Source of the DNA: Promethearchaeota archaeon
GTDB lineage: Archaea > Asgardarchaeota > Lokiarchaeia > Sigyniarchaeales > SOKP01
DNA length: 15,283 bases
Reading direction: 5' to 3'
Assembly (NCBI GenBank): GCA_019894975.1
Contig: JAGXNO010000066.1
Span: 1-15,283, forward strand
Shown here: piece after piece, positions 14,771-15,283 of the stretch
Position numbering within the stretch: the first letter of the stretch is position 1
Layout: each line of letters opens with the position of its first letter
Made by a program: the position numbers and the translations under genes
The notes under the pieces: model-generated
The model's input: the letters and a program-made list of their open reading frames with translations, nothing else
What the model was told of the DNA's origin: nothing
The model's database searches: none

Positions 14771-15283
14771 CTAAATTACAACTTGATTGATGAAATCTGA
14801 GATTTTACCCCTAATTGATTCTGAAGTGACTTCTCTTGAATCATAAGAATCACAACCAAATATTAAACTTGGAATACCGGTTTCTTCTTTTATAATTTCT
14901 GATGTTACTTGTCCCATAATGGAGACGTGTTTACAGGCAAAATGCATTGGCATGATAACGCAATCAATTTTGTAATCTTTAATATAATTTATCATATATT
15001 CTATATAATATTCAATAGGCCCTCTACATTTACCAACCATTGAGGCATCTAATATTCCTTCACCCAAACTATTATAACAATCATCTATTGTATCTGTTGA
15101 GTGAGGTAACGCTTTATAGTGGCCAAGTAGATCCATTATCACAACAGCGTTAAAAGAGTTTTCTATCCATGAGAGGAGAGCTTGATCAAAAAATACATGA
15201 GTATAAGGCCAAGCGATTCTGATCTTTTCATCAAGAACGCCTCCTATTTTGTTTCTTACATTTTCTGCTGCCATATCTCGCAT
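14771..15283 (-). CDS. Second alpha-type dehydratase-family subunit (paralog of 12162-13478); only the C-terminal part is in the window
   Basis: Gapless alignment to the last 169 aa of 12162-13478, about 69% identical by hand count (116/169). The gene runs off the window edge, so the Met at 15283 is almost certainly internal. Confidence 0.9.
   Translation of the reverse strand: MRDMAAENVRNKIGGVLDEKIRIAWPYTHVFFDQALLSWIENSFNAVVIMDLLGHYKALPHSTDTIDDCYNSLGEGILDASMVGKCRGPIEYYIEYMINYIKDYKIDCVIMPMHFACKHVSIMGQVTSEIIKEETGIPSLIFGCDSYDSREVTSESIRGKISDFINQVVI

Overview
AT-rich, densely coding archaeal window. It very likely comes from an Asgard archaeon (Lokiarchaeia/Promethearchaeota-like), inferred from a Rab-like small GTPase without a prenylation tail, archaeal SD motifs (GAGGTGA), TATA-like boxes and T-tract terminators. 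It holds 13 plausible CDS, two of them truncated at the window edges: a membrane protein, a 700-aa signal-peptide/C-terminally anchored surface glycoprotein, an acyl-CoA ligase, an orphan winged-helix regulator, the Rab-like GTPase, a QueG/RdhA-like Fe-S protein, an arginase-fold hydrolase, a VAO/PCMH-type flavoprotein plus CCG/Fe-S partner operon, and a 2-hydroxyacyl-CoA dehydratase/benzoyl-CoA-reductase-family cluster (activator, alpha, beta and a second alpha paralog). I saw no RNA gene, CRISPR array or mobile element. The best leads are: (1) a 19/20-identical upstream motif shared by the surface protein and the regulator, with related palindromes around the regulator promoter; (2) a possible uncharacterised anaerobic catabolic module of enzymes whose catalytic residues deviate from their named families; (3) a Rab-like GTPase with altered G3/G4 motifs and a structured leader; (4) a surface protein with motifs reminiscent of eukaryotic extracellular supersandwich domains. 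All family assignments come from recalled motifs; no database searches were run.
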